Source: Anaerolineae bacterium (GTDB taxonomy: Bacteria; Chloroflexota; Anaerolineae; SpSt-313). From it: a stretch of 64,000 nt of DNA. The DNA lies in the NCBI GenBank assembly GCA_034428955.1, contig DAOUGZ010000137.1, positions 3,277 to 67,276 on the forward strand. The letters are read 5' to 3'. A program made the position numbers and the translations under genes. The notes under the pieces were generated by a model that did not search any database, was not told the origin of the DNA, and saw nothing but the letters and a program-made list of their open reading frames with translations. This document shows, piece after piece, positions 1 through 9,384 of this stretch (positions are counted from its first letter, which is position 1; each line of letters starts with the position of its first letter).

Positions 1-180
1 CCTTTTGCGTCAAGCGTCAAACGTCAAGCGTGAGGCGCCAAGGCGATCCGTATTGCGTGATGCGCATTGTGTAACCTCTCTCTATGCTGCGCGAGTCGCT
101 TCGGGCAAGCTTACTCTGTACGCATTATGCGGCATACAACACAGACCATGTCTGACGCCTGACGTTTGACGTTTGCCGCC
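1..180. repeat. Array of CGTCAA hexamer direct repeats (about 6-30) and an inverted TGACG array (about 150-178) separated by about 115 bp
   Basis: Sequence gcgtcaagcgtcaaacgtcaagcg at the left and ctgacgcctgacgtttgacgtttgcc at the right are reverse-complementary half-site arrays with 7-8 bp spacing. The window edge truncates the left side. Confidence 0.4.
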
Positions 181-186
181 CGCCGC

Positions 187-1125
187 TCACACCGGCGCTG
201 CGACTCTCTCCTCGTGCGTCACCGCCTCATGGGTGCAGCGGCCCAGCCCGGCGCCCGGCCCGACTTCGATCTGGCCGTTGCGCACGCGCGTGGCCAGGCA
301 CTGTTCGGCAAAGGCGGCCGGCCCCGAGACGACGTGCCCGTCGTCTAGGGCGAACTGCGAGGCGTGCCACGGGCACTGGATCGTACCGTCTACCACGGTG
401 CCCTGCGACAGCGGCCCACCCATGTGCGTGCACGTCTCGTGCATGGCATAGATGCGCTCGCCCTGGCGCACCAGCAGGATAGGAACGCCGTTCACCTCGA
501 CCCGGCGCGGCTGGTTCTCCGGCAGGTCCGCCTCGGGCATAACCGGTCTAAAGTCTACCGGCACCTGCTCGAACGGCGCCCGGTTCACGCCCAGGCGGTA
601 GCGGCCGACCAGTTCACCGCCCAGATAGGCCGAAACGAACAGGGCGCCATAGGTGGCGCCGGAGAGGATGCGTGCCGCGCGCCGCGCCCCCAACCCGCGC
701 AGCGCCAGCGATACCGTCTGCAGCAGCACCGAGCCGATGTTCGTGGCCGCATGCACGAAACCTATGCGTAGCGAGTCGCCTCGGGTGTATTGCCAGTCGG
801 TAAGCCCCGATAGTACGGTGGGAAGGCCGGTGACCACGCCCAGGGCCAGGGAGATGTCCGCGCAGCGGGAGTACGCCTGCCGCTCGCTGAGGGCATCCAG
901 CGTGTCGAACAACACGCTTGCCGTCCACGTGCCAATGACCAGGTCGGTGAGGGCCGCGTGCAGGGAGTGCCCCAGCCAGGTGCCGTGCAGCGCATCGGCG
1001 ATACGCCGGCCTGCGGTGGGGCCGGCCAGTTGGTAGGAGCGCTTTACGACTCTCTGTAGACCCCTGGCCGGGCCGTCCAGTTGCTGCTGCTCGCCGAGGG
1101 TATCAACCCCTTGCTGGAAGAACAT
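187..1125 (-). CDS. DUF2231-like membrane domain fused to a Rieske [2Fe-2S] domain protein
   Basis: The C-terminal CTHMGGPLS...CPWHASQF matches the Rieske CXH...CXXH motif. The N-terminal half has hydrophobic TM segments. An ATG at 1125 (MFFQQG) was chosen over the longer ORF because that ORF's Pro/Arg-rich N-terminus looks non-coding. Confidence 0.65.
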   Translation of the reverse strand: MFFQQGVDTLGEQQQLDGPARGLQRVVKRSYQLAGPTAGRRIADALHGTWLGHSLHAALTDLVIGTWTASVLFDTLDALSERQAYSRCADISLALGVVTGLPTVLSGLTDWQYTRGDSLRIGFVHAATNIGSVLLQTVSLALRGLGARRAARILSGATYGALFVSAYLGGELVGRYRLGVNRAPFEQVPVDFRPVMPEADLPENQPRRVEVNGVPILLVRQGERIYAMHETCTHMGGPLSQGTVVDGTIQCPWHASQFALDDGHVVSGPAAFAEQCLATRVRNGQIEVGPGAGLGRCTHEAVTHEERVAAPV

Positions 1126-1312
1126 GTTGTCCTCCTGCTCGATTGTGCCGACCGGGAGGCGCAGAGGGACGGAGAACCCTCCACCTTGGGTGAGCCGTAT
1201 GCCTATCGCTGCCGGGGGCAAGACCCCAGTGCAGCCTCTGCTCCTCCGTGTTCCTCTGTGTCTATCGCCAGCCAGCACAATATGTACCAGCAGTTGATGC
1301 GAGTGGGGCAAG

Positions 1313-1828
1313 CTACTCGTCCGCCGGCCCCTGACGTGTGTTGGTGTTGTCGGTGGGTTGCTCCCTCTCCTGCCTTGCCCAGGGATGGGTCTCCCGGTAG
1401 AAGAAGGCTGTGGCAAGGGTCAGGATGGCGGTGGAGACGACGAGCCCGCCGGAGACGAGCAGGCGCTGAGGGTCACCCTGGACCTCGGCCCGGACTACGG
1501 TGAACAGGTTGCCGATGCTCAGGGTCGTGACGACAACGAACAGAAAGCGGGTGACGAGGTCGGTGGTGATTACGGGGTTGGAGGGGTCATTTTGGCGCAC
1601 GGACTCTTCCCGCGAGATGGTCAGGGCCAGGTCGCCGACGCCGACGGTGATGACCGCCAAAGCGATGGCCAGCAGCACCTCTTCCAGCGCAAAGACGGGG
1701 CCGATGAACGAGCGAGACAGGATGAGGACGGCCACGCCGAGGAGGATCAGCGCCGACACGGAGACAAAGATGATGGCCGCGCGCGTCAACAGGCTGACGA
1801 AAATCTCGAGCAGCCGCGCAAAGCTCAC
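1313..1828 (-). CDS. small integral membrane protein (two to three TM helices), function unknown
   Basis: A 171-aa ORF with a GTG start at 1828 and long hydrophobic stretches (LILLGVAVLIL, LLAIALAVITVGV). Confidence 0.45.
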   Translation of the reverse strand: MSFARLLEIFVSLLTRAAIIFVSVSALILLGVAVLILSRSFIGPVFALEEVLLAIALAVITVGVGDLALTISREESVRQNDPSNPVITTDLVTRFLFVVVTTLSIGNLFTVVRAEVQGDPQRLLVSGGLVVSTAILTLATAFFYRETHPWARQEREQPTDNTNTRQGPADE

Positions 1829-2328
1829 AGGTTCGCCTCAACTCTTGAAGAGATCATCTACCAGACCTCCAAAAGTTCTGGCGCGGCAAGCCGAACGCGT
1901 AACTCGAGCACGTGGGCAGGGTGCAGCCGTAGTGTCCGCTCCGGGCAGTGAGGCATGCGCTGCGCCTGACCGGTTGGAGCAGAGTGCCAGAGCCGGTTGC
2001 GCGCCACTGCAGCGCCTGCCGCTTTGGCGATCACCGCACCGGTTGAGAGCCTCGCCATCATGGTCAAGGTTGGCGAGCAACAAGCGTACCAGCGCAAGGG
2101 CCGGGGCGGGCATAGCAGGCCGGAATGGGGCTCTTTACTACCTATTGTCGTGACGGACGTTTTGGCTGCCTCCTATGGGGCGACTGCTGCTTTTCACCAT
2201 TCTATGCGGCATGGGGGCCGCCGGGCAAGCGAGCCCATCCGATTCCTTTAGGCACGGTACGTGCTGTGCGGGCGGGGGCCACATCCCGTTCTACCCGCCC
2301 CGTTATCGGAAGCACGAATCGAAAGGGG

Positions 2329-3063
2329 ATGCCCATGCGCAAACTCGTCGTTTTTCTCGCCGCCGTCTTCGCCCTGTTGCTGGCGGGCTGCTACATCCCC
2401 GGGCCGGGCCGCACGCTCAAGGGGTCAGGCAGGATGGCCGGCCGCGACTATGATCTGAGCGGATTCACCAGGTTGGACGTGGATAGTGCCTTTACTGTGC
2501 GCGTGACTCGGGGCGACGACTACAAGGTGACCGTGACCACCGACGACAACCTGCTGGACCGCGTTACAGTTAGCGTGGACCAGGGTACGCTGCGCATCGC
2601 CATGAACCCTCGCGGCTTTGCCACCCTGACCTCCACCCGGCAGGAGGCCACCATCACCATGCCCGAACTCGCCTCGCTGCGTCTGGACGGTGCCAGCCGG
2701 GCTACTATGGAGGGCTTTGGCCCGGTGCCCGAATTTGCGGCGAAACTGGACGGTGCGAGCCGGCTCAGCGGTGCCGTGCAGGCGGAGACGATCCGGCTCG
2801 AGGTGACGGGGGCCAGCCGGCTCGACCTCAGTGGCAGCGGCACCAACCTGACCCTCAACGTCACCGATGCCGGCCAGGCCAACCTGGGCGATCTCGAGGT
2901 CAAAGAGGCCGCCGTCAACCTGCACAGCGCCTCTCGGGCTGACCTCACCGTCTCGGCCAAGCTGGACTATGACCTATCCGAACTGTCGCACCTCACCTAC
3001 AGCGGCAACCCGGCCATCGGGCAGAGCCGCTCTGAGGAGGCCAGCAGCGTTATCCGGCGCTAG
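2329..3063 (+). CDS. lipoprotein with DUF2807/GIN-type adhesin-head beta-solenoid repeats
   Basis: Internal ATG at 2329 is preceded by gaaagggg. The signal peptide MPMRKLVVFLAAVFALLLAGC carries a lipobox. Repeated LDGASR / GASRL strands follow. Confidence 0.6.
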   Translation: MPMRKLVVFLAAVFALLLAGCYIPGPGRTLKGSGRMAGRDYDLSGFTRLDVDSAFTVRVTRGDDYKVTVTTDDNLLDRVTVSVDQGTLRIAMNPRGFATLTSTRQEATITMPELASLRLDGASRATMEGFGPVPEFAAKLDGASRLSGAVQAETIRLEVTGASRLDLSGSGTNLTLNVTDAGQANLGDLEVKEAAVNLHSASRADLTVSAKLDYDLSELSHLTYSGNPAIGQSRSEEASSVIRR

Positions 3064-3102
3064 CCGATACCTCATGTTGCGCAACCCGCGGACAGAGCCG
3101 AT

Positions 3103-3131
3103 TTGACACCCTGTGGTGCCTGTAGTATATT
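3103..3131 (+). promoter_or_regulatory. sigma70-like promoter TTGACA-N17-TATATT upstream of the ABC operon, followed by a roughly 300-nt leader
   Basis: atTTGACAccctgtggtgcctgtagTATATTcacg. It shares the TTGACACCCTG core with the promoter at 54797. Confidence 0.45.
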
Positions 3132-3434
3132 CACGCCCGAAGCTTGTGCTCTTGCGTAGTGTTTGCCAACTCTGCGAGGGCCGCAATCGAGCGACAAAAC
3201 GCTCTCCTCTTGGCTCTGCCGCGAGCATCCGGTTCCTCTCCCCCTTTTTTTGTCGGAGGGCGCTGTTATTGCCCGGCGATGGGCCGGCGAGTCCGTATTG
3301 TCGCGCGTCGCGGCTCGCTTCCTTGAACTGAAAGGAGGTCTCCATTACCCTATTGTATTGAATATGATGCTTATAGTTCCCCCTGCACGATGGACCCTGT
3401 AGCCGTTATTGTTCATCTACAGAGGAGTAGTCGC

Positions 3435-5345
3435 ATGAGGAAGTGTGCTTTTCGTTTCGTGGTTCTCCTAGCGGTGTTGGCCATAGTCTTTGGCGCTTGC
3501 GCGCCCAAGCCACAACCTGCGCCGACCACCGCTCCACCGGCCGAATCCAAAGAGACGACGGCCCCCGAGCCTACCACAGCCCCCGAAGAGCCGACAGACC
3601 CCGAGCCTACCGCGGCTTCCGAAGAGCCGACAGACCCTGAGGGCACCGGTTCCGGCGCCCCCGACAAGGCCACCCTCGAAGAGTATGCCAACGCCCCCCG
3701 CGAGGAAACACTGATTCTGGACAACCCCTATCGCCTCGAGGGCGGCGACAACTGGAACCCCCTGGTTCCCGGTAATGCTGCGGGTACGTGGGGTCTGAGC
3801 ACGATCGGTCAGGACCCACTGGTGCTGTTGAGCTATGGCACCGGCGAGATCGAGAACTGGATGGCCGAGTCGTTTACCCCGAACGACGATTTCTCTGTCT
3901 GGACGCTCAAGCTCCGTGACGGCATCACCTGGAACGACGGCGTGCCGTTCACCATCGATGACGTCATCTACTCGGTTGAGCTCCAGATGAACACCGAGCC
4001 GCTGGGCGCCCACTTTACCTATCTGGAGTGGATCGACCATGTGGAGAAGGTGGACGACTCCACGATGGAGTTCCACCTCAAGAAGCCCAACGTCCGCTTC
4101 ATCCTGGAGCGCTATGCGGATAACCAGTGCGGCTGGGACTGGGTCGTTCCCAAGCACATCTGGGAAAAGGTGGAAGACCCCCTGACCTTCAAGAACTTTG
4201 ACCTTGAGGCGGGTCTTCCACTGGGCACCGGCCCCTACATCCTGCACAAGGTGACCACCAACGAGGCTATCTGGGTCCGCAACGACAACTGGTGGGCGGC
4301 CAAGATCGGCCTAAAGAAACTCCCGGCGCCCAAGAAGGTGATCTATTCCTTTGCCGGCACCGAAGAGGTTCGCATCGCCACCGGCATCGACAACGGCTTT
4401 GACGGCCTGCAGGATATCACCCTGAGTTCCTTCCAGGCGTTGATCGCCGGCAACCCGAATTGGGAGCCCTTCCAAGAGGACCTGCCCTACGTCTGGCCGG
4501 ATCCCTGCGCCCGCAGCCTGTCTCTCAACTGCGCCATCGAGCCTTGGAACGACAAGGACATGCGCTGGGTGCTGAACTATGTGATGGACCGCCAGCAGAT
4601 CATCGACTTTGCCTACGAAGGCACCTCGGTCATGGGGCCCTATCCCTGGCCGCTGTACCCCTCGATGCAAAAATACACCGATCTGGTGCCCCAGGAGACC
4701 CTGGACAAGTTCCTCAAGCCCAATCCGGCCGAGGCCGAGAGGATCCTCACGGAGAAGGGCTACACCAAGAACGGCGAGTACTGGGAGAAGGACGGCAAGC
4801 AGCTCAGCCTGGAAATCCAGGTGCACGAGGCCTTCTCTGAGCTTGAGCGCATTGCCGACGTGTATGTGGAGCAACTGCAGCGCTTTGGCATCAATGCCTC
4901 CAAGGTCAAGCTGACCGGCCAGACCTGGGGCGACGACTTTGCCTTCGGCAACTATGAGGCCCAGAGCGGCTGGCAGACCTGCGGCTCTATCATGGAGCCC
5001 TGGAACACGCTGCGCACGATGGCCGGCGAAGCCGCGCCCATCGGCGAGCGCCCCGAGGGCACGCAGAACTCTTATCGCTGGCACAACGAGCGGTTCACCG
5101 AACTGGTCGAGGAGATCGGCTTGTTGGGGTGGGATGATCCCAAGCTTTTGGAGCTGACCAAGGAAGCTCTGGAGATCTACTACGAAGAACTGCCCGTGAT
5201 CCCCACGGCCCAGTCCAAGAAGCTGATACCCTTCAACACCACCTACTGGACCAACTGGCCCACGATCGATAACTACTACCAGCGCCCGTCTCTCTGGTGC
5301 CCGAGCTTTATCGGCGTCATCACCGAGATCGAGCCGGCCCAGTAG
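3435..5345 (+). CDS. ABC transporter substrate-binding lipoprotein, family 5 (peptide/nickel/opine type)
   Basis: RBS agaggag upstream. Lipoprotein signal MRKCAFRFVVLLAVLAIVFGAC. A Thr/Pro/Glu-rich linker is followed by the SBP_bac_5-like core (LKLRDGITWNDGVPFTIDDVIYS). Confidence 0.85.
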   Translation: MRKCAFRFVVLLAVLAIVFGACAPKPQPAPTTAPPAESKETTAPEPTTAPEEPTDPEPTAASEEPTDPEGTGSGAPDKATLEEYANAPREETLILDNPYRLEGGDNWNPLVPGNAAGTWGLSTIGQDPLVLLSYGTGEIENWMAESFTPNDDFSVWTLKLRDGITWNDGVPFTIDDVIYSVELQMNTEPLGAHFTYLEWIDHVEKVDDSTMEFHLKKPNVRFILERYADNQCGWDWVVPKHIWEKVEDPLTFKNFDLEAGLPLGTGPYILHKVTTNEAIWVRNDNWWAAKIGLKKLPAPKKVIYSFAGTEEVRIATGIDNGFDGLQDITLSSFQALIAGNPNWEPFQEDLPYVWPDPCARSLSLNCAIEPWNDKDMRWVLNYVMDRQQIIDFAYEGTSVMGPYPWPLYPSMQKYTDLVPQETLDKFLKPNPAEAERILTEKGYTKNGEYWEKDGKQLSLEIQVHEAFSELERIADVYVEQLQRFGINASKVKLTGQTWGDDFAFGNYEAQSGWQTCGSIMEPWNTLRTMAGEAAPIGERPEGTQNSYRWHNERFTELVEEIGLLGWDDPKLLELTKEALEIYYEELPVIPTAQSKKLIPFNTTYWTNWPTIDNYYQRPSLWCPSFIGVITEIEPAQ

Positions 5346-5444
5346 CACCTGCTCCTGGCTTTGGCCAACCGCCAGGCGGCCCTGCATACCCCGCAGGGCC
5401 GCCTGGCAGCCGTAGTCCCTTTCCACAAAACGAAGAGAGGTCAC

Positions 5445-6461
5445 ATGGGCGGTCTGACCAAGCAGTATGTCATCACCCGTTTTCTCATGTGGATCGTGAC
5501 CATCTGGATCGGCGCATCCGCGGTCTTTTTCATCCCCCGGTTGGCGCCCGGCGACCCGGTCACGGCGCAGGTCACCCGGATGATGCAGGTGCAGGGGCGT
5601 GTGGAGAATGCGCAAGAGATCATCGTCGCCTGGAAGGCGAGATTTGGCCTCGATGCACCCCTGTACGTCCAGTATGTGCGCTATCTCGGGAACCTGGTGC
5701 GTTTTGACTTTGGCTACTCGTTGGCGCGCTTTCCTACTACGGCCTGGGATATCGTTCGGCCGGCCTTGCCCTGGTCCCTAGGGCTGCTGACGGTGGCGAC
5801 GGCCCTGTCCTTCAGCATCGGCATCATCATCGGGGCGCTGATGGGCTGGCGCAAAACGCCCAAATGGCTGCAGAACATCCTGCCGGCCAGCCTTACCTTT
5901 ACCTCGATTCCATACTTTATGTTTGGAATCCTCCTGCTCTACGTCATAGCCTTCCGCTTCCACCTGCTGCCGGCTACCGGCGGATACGACCGCAATGTGG
6001 ATCCAGGCTGGAACCTGCCCTTTATCAAGAGCGTGATCAGCCACAGCATCCTGCCCCTGATCTCGATTGTGCTGACCTCCATGGGCGGCTGGGCCCTGGG
6101 CATGCGCGGGCTGATGATTGCGGTGAACAACGAGGACTATTTCCTCCTGGCCCAGGCCAAGGGCCTGAGCCCGGTGCGCGTCTTTTTCCGCTACGGCATT
6201 CGCAACACCATCCTCCCCTCGCTCACCGCCCTGGCTCTAGGCTTGGCCGGGCTGATCAGTGGCTCCCTTCTGGTGGAGTACATCTTTGCCTACCCCGGTA
6301 CCGGCTATACCCTGTACGAGGCCATTATCACCCAGGACTATGCCGTGATGCAGACCATCTGCAACCTGATGATCATCATCACGGCGACCAGCGTCTTTAT
6401 CCTGGACCTCATCTACCCACTGATCGATCCGCGGATCACTTTCCGGAGGATCCAGGCCTAG
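5445..6461 (+). CDS. ABC transporter permease (DppB/OppB-like)
   Basis: Six-TM permease with the characteristic N-terminal TM helix and an EAA-like loop. RBS agagagg sits before the ATG at 5445. Confidence 0.85.
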   Translation: MGGLTKQYVITRFLMWIVTIWIGASAVFFIPRLAPGDPVTAQVTRMMQVQGRVENAQEIIVAWKARFGLDAPLYVQYVRYLGNLVRFDFGYSLARFPTTAWDIVRPALPWSLGLLTVATALSFSIGIIIGALMGWRKTPKWLQNILPASLTFTSIPYFMFGILLLYVIAFRFHLLPATGGYDRNVDPGWNLPFIKSVISHSILPLISIVLTSMGGWALGMRGLMIAVNNEDYFLLAQAKGLSPVRVFFRYGIRNTILPSLTALALGLAGLISGSLLVEYIFAYPGTGYTLYEAIITQDYAVMQTICNLMIIITATSVFILDLIYPLIDPRITFRRIQA

Positions 6462-6485
6462 TATTGCTAGAAAGTGAGATAGCCC

Positions 6486-7406
6486 ATGGCTTCATCGCAG
6501 CGAATGGCCTCGTCCTCCGAGCCTTCAGGCACGCTCCGCATGTCCGGCCGGTGGGACTGGTCATGGTTGAACACCAAGTTGATTGTCGGCGGCAGCATGC
6601 TTCTATTGGTAATCCTCTTTGGTGCGCTGGGTCCCCTCTTCTGGGATACGGACCTGGCCTACGTAGCCTCTTCGCCGCCGAACAAGCCCCCCATGTGGAT
6701 GCCCGGGGGCATGCCGGAGCATCCACTGGGCACGGAGAACATGGGGCGGGATATGCTCGCCCAGCTCATTGTCGGCACGCCGGCCTCTCTACGGGTGGGA
6801 TTCATCGCTTCGTTGATCGGGCTCGGGACCGGGCTGGTGCTGGGGTCACTGGCGGGCTACCTGGGCGGCCGGGTGGATAACGTGATCCGCGTCCTCAGCG
6901 ACTCTGTGGTCACTATCCCTTCGCTGGCGGTCCTGGTCGTCATTGCCGCCTACGTCAAGATGACCGACACGACGGTGATGGCCCTGATCCTGGCCCTCTT
7001 TGCCTGGCCTGGGCCGACCCGGATCGTGCGCTCGCAGGTGCTGACCCTGCGAGAGCGCGGCTACGTCCGTATGGCCATGCTCTCGGGTGCTCCGCCGCTG
7101 GAGATCATGTTCCTGGAGATGCTGCCCAATATGCTCCCCTGGCTGGCGGCCAGCTTTGCCGGCGGGACCTCGGGGGCGATCATGGGCGCTACGGGCCTCG
7201 AGGCGCTGGGCCTTGGACCCACCCGTGTGCCCTCCCTCGGCATGATCATCAACTATGCGACCAGCGCCTCGGCCCTTCTACGGGGTATGGTCTGGTGGTG
7301 GCTCCCGCCGATACTCATGCTCATGTTCATCTTTATGAGCTTTTTCCTGATTACCGTTGGGCTGGACGAGATCGCCAACCCGCGGCTGCGAGGGGCCAAG
7401 GCATGA
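6486..7406 (+). CDS. ABC transporter permease (DppC/OppC-like)
   Basis: Second BPD_transp_1-type permease. The start may be slightly downstream of 6486. Confidence 0.8.
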   Translation: MASSQRMASSSEPSGTLRMSGRWDWSWLNTKLIVGGSMLLLVILFGALGPLFWDTDLAYVASSPPNKPPMWMPGGMPEHPLGTENMGRDMLAQLIVGTPASLRVGFIASLIGLGTGLVLGSLAGYLGGRVDNVIRVLSDSVVTIPSLAVLVVIAAYVKMTDTTVMALILALFAWPGPTRIVRSQVLTLRERGYVRMAMLSGAPPLEIMFLEMLPNMLPWLAASFAGGTSGAIMGATGLEALGLGPTRVPSLGMIINYATSASALLRGMVWWWLPPILMLMFIFMSFFLITVGLDEIANPRLRGAKA

Positions 7407-8398
7407 TGAACAGGCAGAGCGATACACCCAAGGTTCTGGAGGTCAACGACCTCTCCGTCCACTACCTGACTGAGCACGGCGCTGTCGTCGCTGCCAACGA
7501 TGTCAGTTTCTTTGTCCGCAAGGGCGAGATCCTCGGCTTGGTCGGCGAATCGGGCTGCGGCAAGACCACCGTGGCCATGGCCGTTCTGCAGATGGTCCAA
7601 TCCCCCGGCAAAATCATGGGGGGCCAGATCAAGATCAACGGGCGCGATATCCTGGGGCTGCCGGAGCACGAACTGCGCCAGTTGCGCTGGCGCGAGTTGG
7701 CCCTCATCCCCCAGGGGGCGATGAACTCGCTCAACCCGATGCTCAAGATCAAGGAGCAGATCGGCGATGCCATCCTGGCGCATGAAAAGCTCAACCGGCA
7801 CGAGTTGAAGGAGCGCATCCTCGAGCTGTTGGACAGCGTGGGCTTGCCGGGGCGCGTCTACAACATGTTCCCCCACGAGTTGAGCGGCGGCATGAAGCAG
7901 CGGGTGTGCATTGCCATGTCCATCGCCCTGAACCCGCCGGTGATCATCGCCGACGAGCCCACCAGTGCCCTGGACGTGGTGGTGCAGCGGGTGGTTGCCC
8001 AGACTCTGCTGGATGTCAGGGACCGGCTGGGCGTTTCCATGCTCCTCATTGGGCACGATATGGGCTTGCAGGCCCAGATGGTGAACCGGGTGGCGGTGAT
8101 GTACGCCGGCAATATGGTGGAGGTGGCCCCTGTCAAAGACATCTTTAGGCAGCCCCTGCACCCCTACACCCGGTTGCTCATCGAATCGATCCCCTCGATC
8201 GAAGAGCGCAAGCCGCTCAAGGTCACCGAAGGCCTGACGCACGACCTGCGCAACCCGCCCCCAGGCTGTGCCTTCCAGTTTCGCTGCTCATCCTGCGAGG
8301 ACAAATGCCGGCAAGGCAAGCCGCGGCTGGTCGAGGTGGCCGAGGATCATTTCGTGGCCTGCTGTGAGTATCAGATGAAGAGGGCCGTATTGCCATGA
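7403..8398 (+). CDS. ABC transporter ATP-binding protein (DppD/OppD-like)
   Basis: Walker A GESGCGKTT, signature LSGGMKQR, Walker B IIADEPTSALD, and a C-terminal oligopeptide-type extension. The ATGA overlap with the upstream stop indicates coupling. Confidence 0.85.
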   Translation: MMNRQSDTPKVLEVNDLSVHYLTEHGAVVAANDVSFFVRKGEILGLVGESGCGKTTVAMAVLQMVQSPGKIMGGQIKINGRDILGLPEHELRQLRWRELALIPQGAMNSLNPMLKIKEQIGDAILAHEKLNRHELKERILELLDSVGLPGRVYNMFPHELSGGMKQRVCIAMSIALNPPVIIADEPTSALDVVVQRVVAQTLLDVRDRLGVSMLLIGHDMGLQAQMVNRVAVMYAGNMVEVAPVKDIFRQPLHPYTRLLIESIPSIEERKPLKVTEGLTHDLRNPPPGCAFQFRCSSCEDKCRQGKPRLVEVAEDHFVACCEYQMKRAVLP

Positions 8399-9384
8399 CC
8401 ACGCCTCTACTGCGGATTCAAGACGCTACCAAGGTCTTTGGCGGTGGGTTCCTGGACGCGACCCCGCCGTTGGTCGCTCTCGACCACTTTAATCTGGATA
8501 TCTATGAAAAGCCGGCGCGCATCACCACCATCGCCGGCGAAAGCGGGAGCGGCAAGACTACCCTGGCCAACGCCATCCTGGATTTTCTGCCCCTTACGGA
8601 GGGGCAGATTCTCTACAAGGGGATGGACGTGGCCAAGATGAATGCCCGGCAAAAGCTGGCCTACCGCAAAGAGGTGCAGGCTGTTTTCCAGGATCCCTAC
8701 GAGGTCTACAATCCTTTCTACCGCGTGCAGCACATCTTTGATCTGGTTGTTCGCCACTTTGGCATCGCCAAGAGCCGCAAAGAGGCGCGCGAGCTCATCG
8801 AGGATGCCCTGAACCTCGTCGGCCTGCGCGGCAACGAGATCCTGGAAAAGTACCCGCATCAGCTCAGCGGTGGCCAGCGGCAGCGGGTGATGGTGGCCCG
8901 CGCCTACATGCTGCGACCGCGCCTGATCGTTGCCGACGAGCCCGTCTCGGCGGTCGATGCCTCGCTGCGCGCCATGATCCTGGATATCATGCTTCGCCTG
9001 CGTGATGAACACGGCATCTCGTTCCTGTACATCACCCACGATCTCTCCACTGCCTATCAGATCGGCGATGAGATGGTCATCCTCTTCCAAGGGGTGATGG
9101 CCGAGCGGGGGCAGACGACCGAGATTGTCGAAAACCCCAAGCACCCCTATGTGCAAGAGCTGATCGCCTCCATCCCGGCTCCCAATCCCGACAGAAAGTG
9201 GGATACCAAAATCAAGCTGCCGCCGGAAGACACGACACGGTCGCGTGCTGTCCGCGGTTGCTGCTTTTACCCGCGCTGCCCGCAACGCATGGACCGCTGC
9301 CTGGAGGCCCGGCCGCCCATCTACGACGTTAACGGGAGCGGCCACGGAGCCGCCTGCTTCCAATATGAGAAGGAATCCCTATGA
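8395..9384 (+). CDS. ABC transporter ATP-binding protein (DppF/OppF-like)
   Basis: Walker A GESGSGKTT, LSGGQRQR, IVADEPVSAVD. It overlaps the previous gene by 4 nt. Confidence 0.85.
   Translation: MTTPLLRIQDATKVFGGGFLDATPPLVALDHFNLDIYEKPARITTIAGESGSGKTTLANAILDFLPLTEGQILYKGMDVAKMNARQKLAYRKEVQAVFQDPYEVYNPFYRVQHIFDLVVRHFGIAKSRKEARELIEDALNLVGLRGNEILEKYPHQLSGGQRQRVMVARAYMLRPRLIVADEPVSAVDASLRAMILDIMLRLRDEHGISFLYITHDLSTAYQIGDEMVILFQGVMAERGQTTEIVENPKHPYVQELIASIPAPNPDRKWDTKIKLPPEDTTRSRAVRGCCFYPRCPQRMDRCLEARPPIYDVNGSGHGAACFQYEKESL

Noticed and set aside
364-1036. Multiple long antisense or overlapping ORFs (for example 364..771, 653..1036; likewise 15102..15914, 21133..21888, 10260..11792)
   Set aside because: These are expected artefacts of high GC content (few stop codons). 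Their Arg/Pro/Ala-rich products lack motifs and overlap well-supported genes on the other strand.
2125-2328. Longer start (2125) for the GIN-domain lipoprotein
   Set aside because: An internal ATG at 2329 directly precedes a canonical lipoprotein signal peptide and has an RBS. The upstream 68 aa are Cys/Gly/Arg-rich junk.
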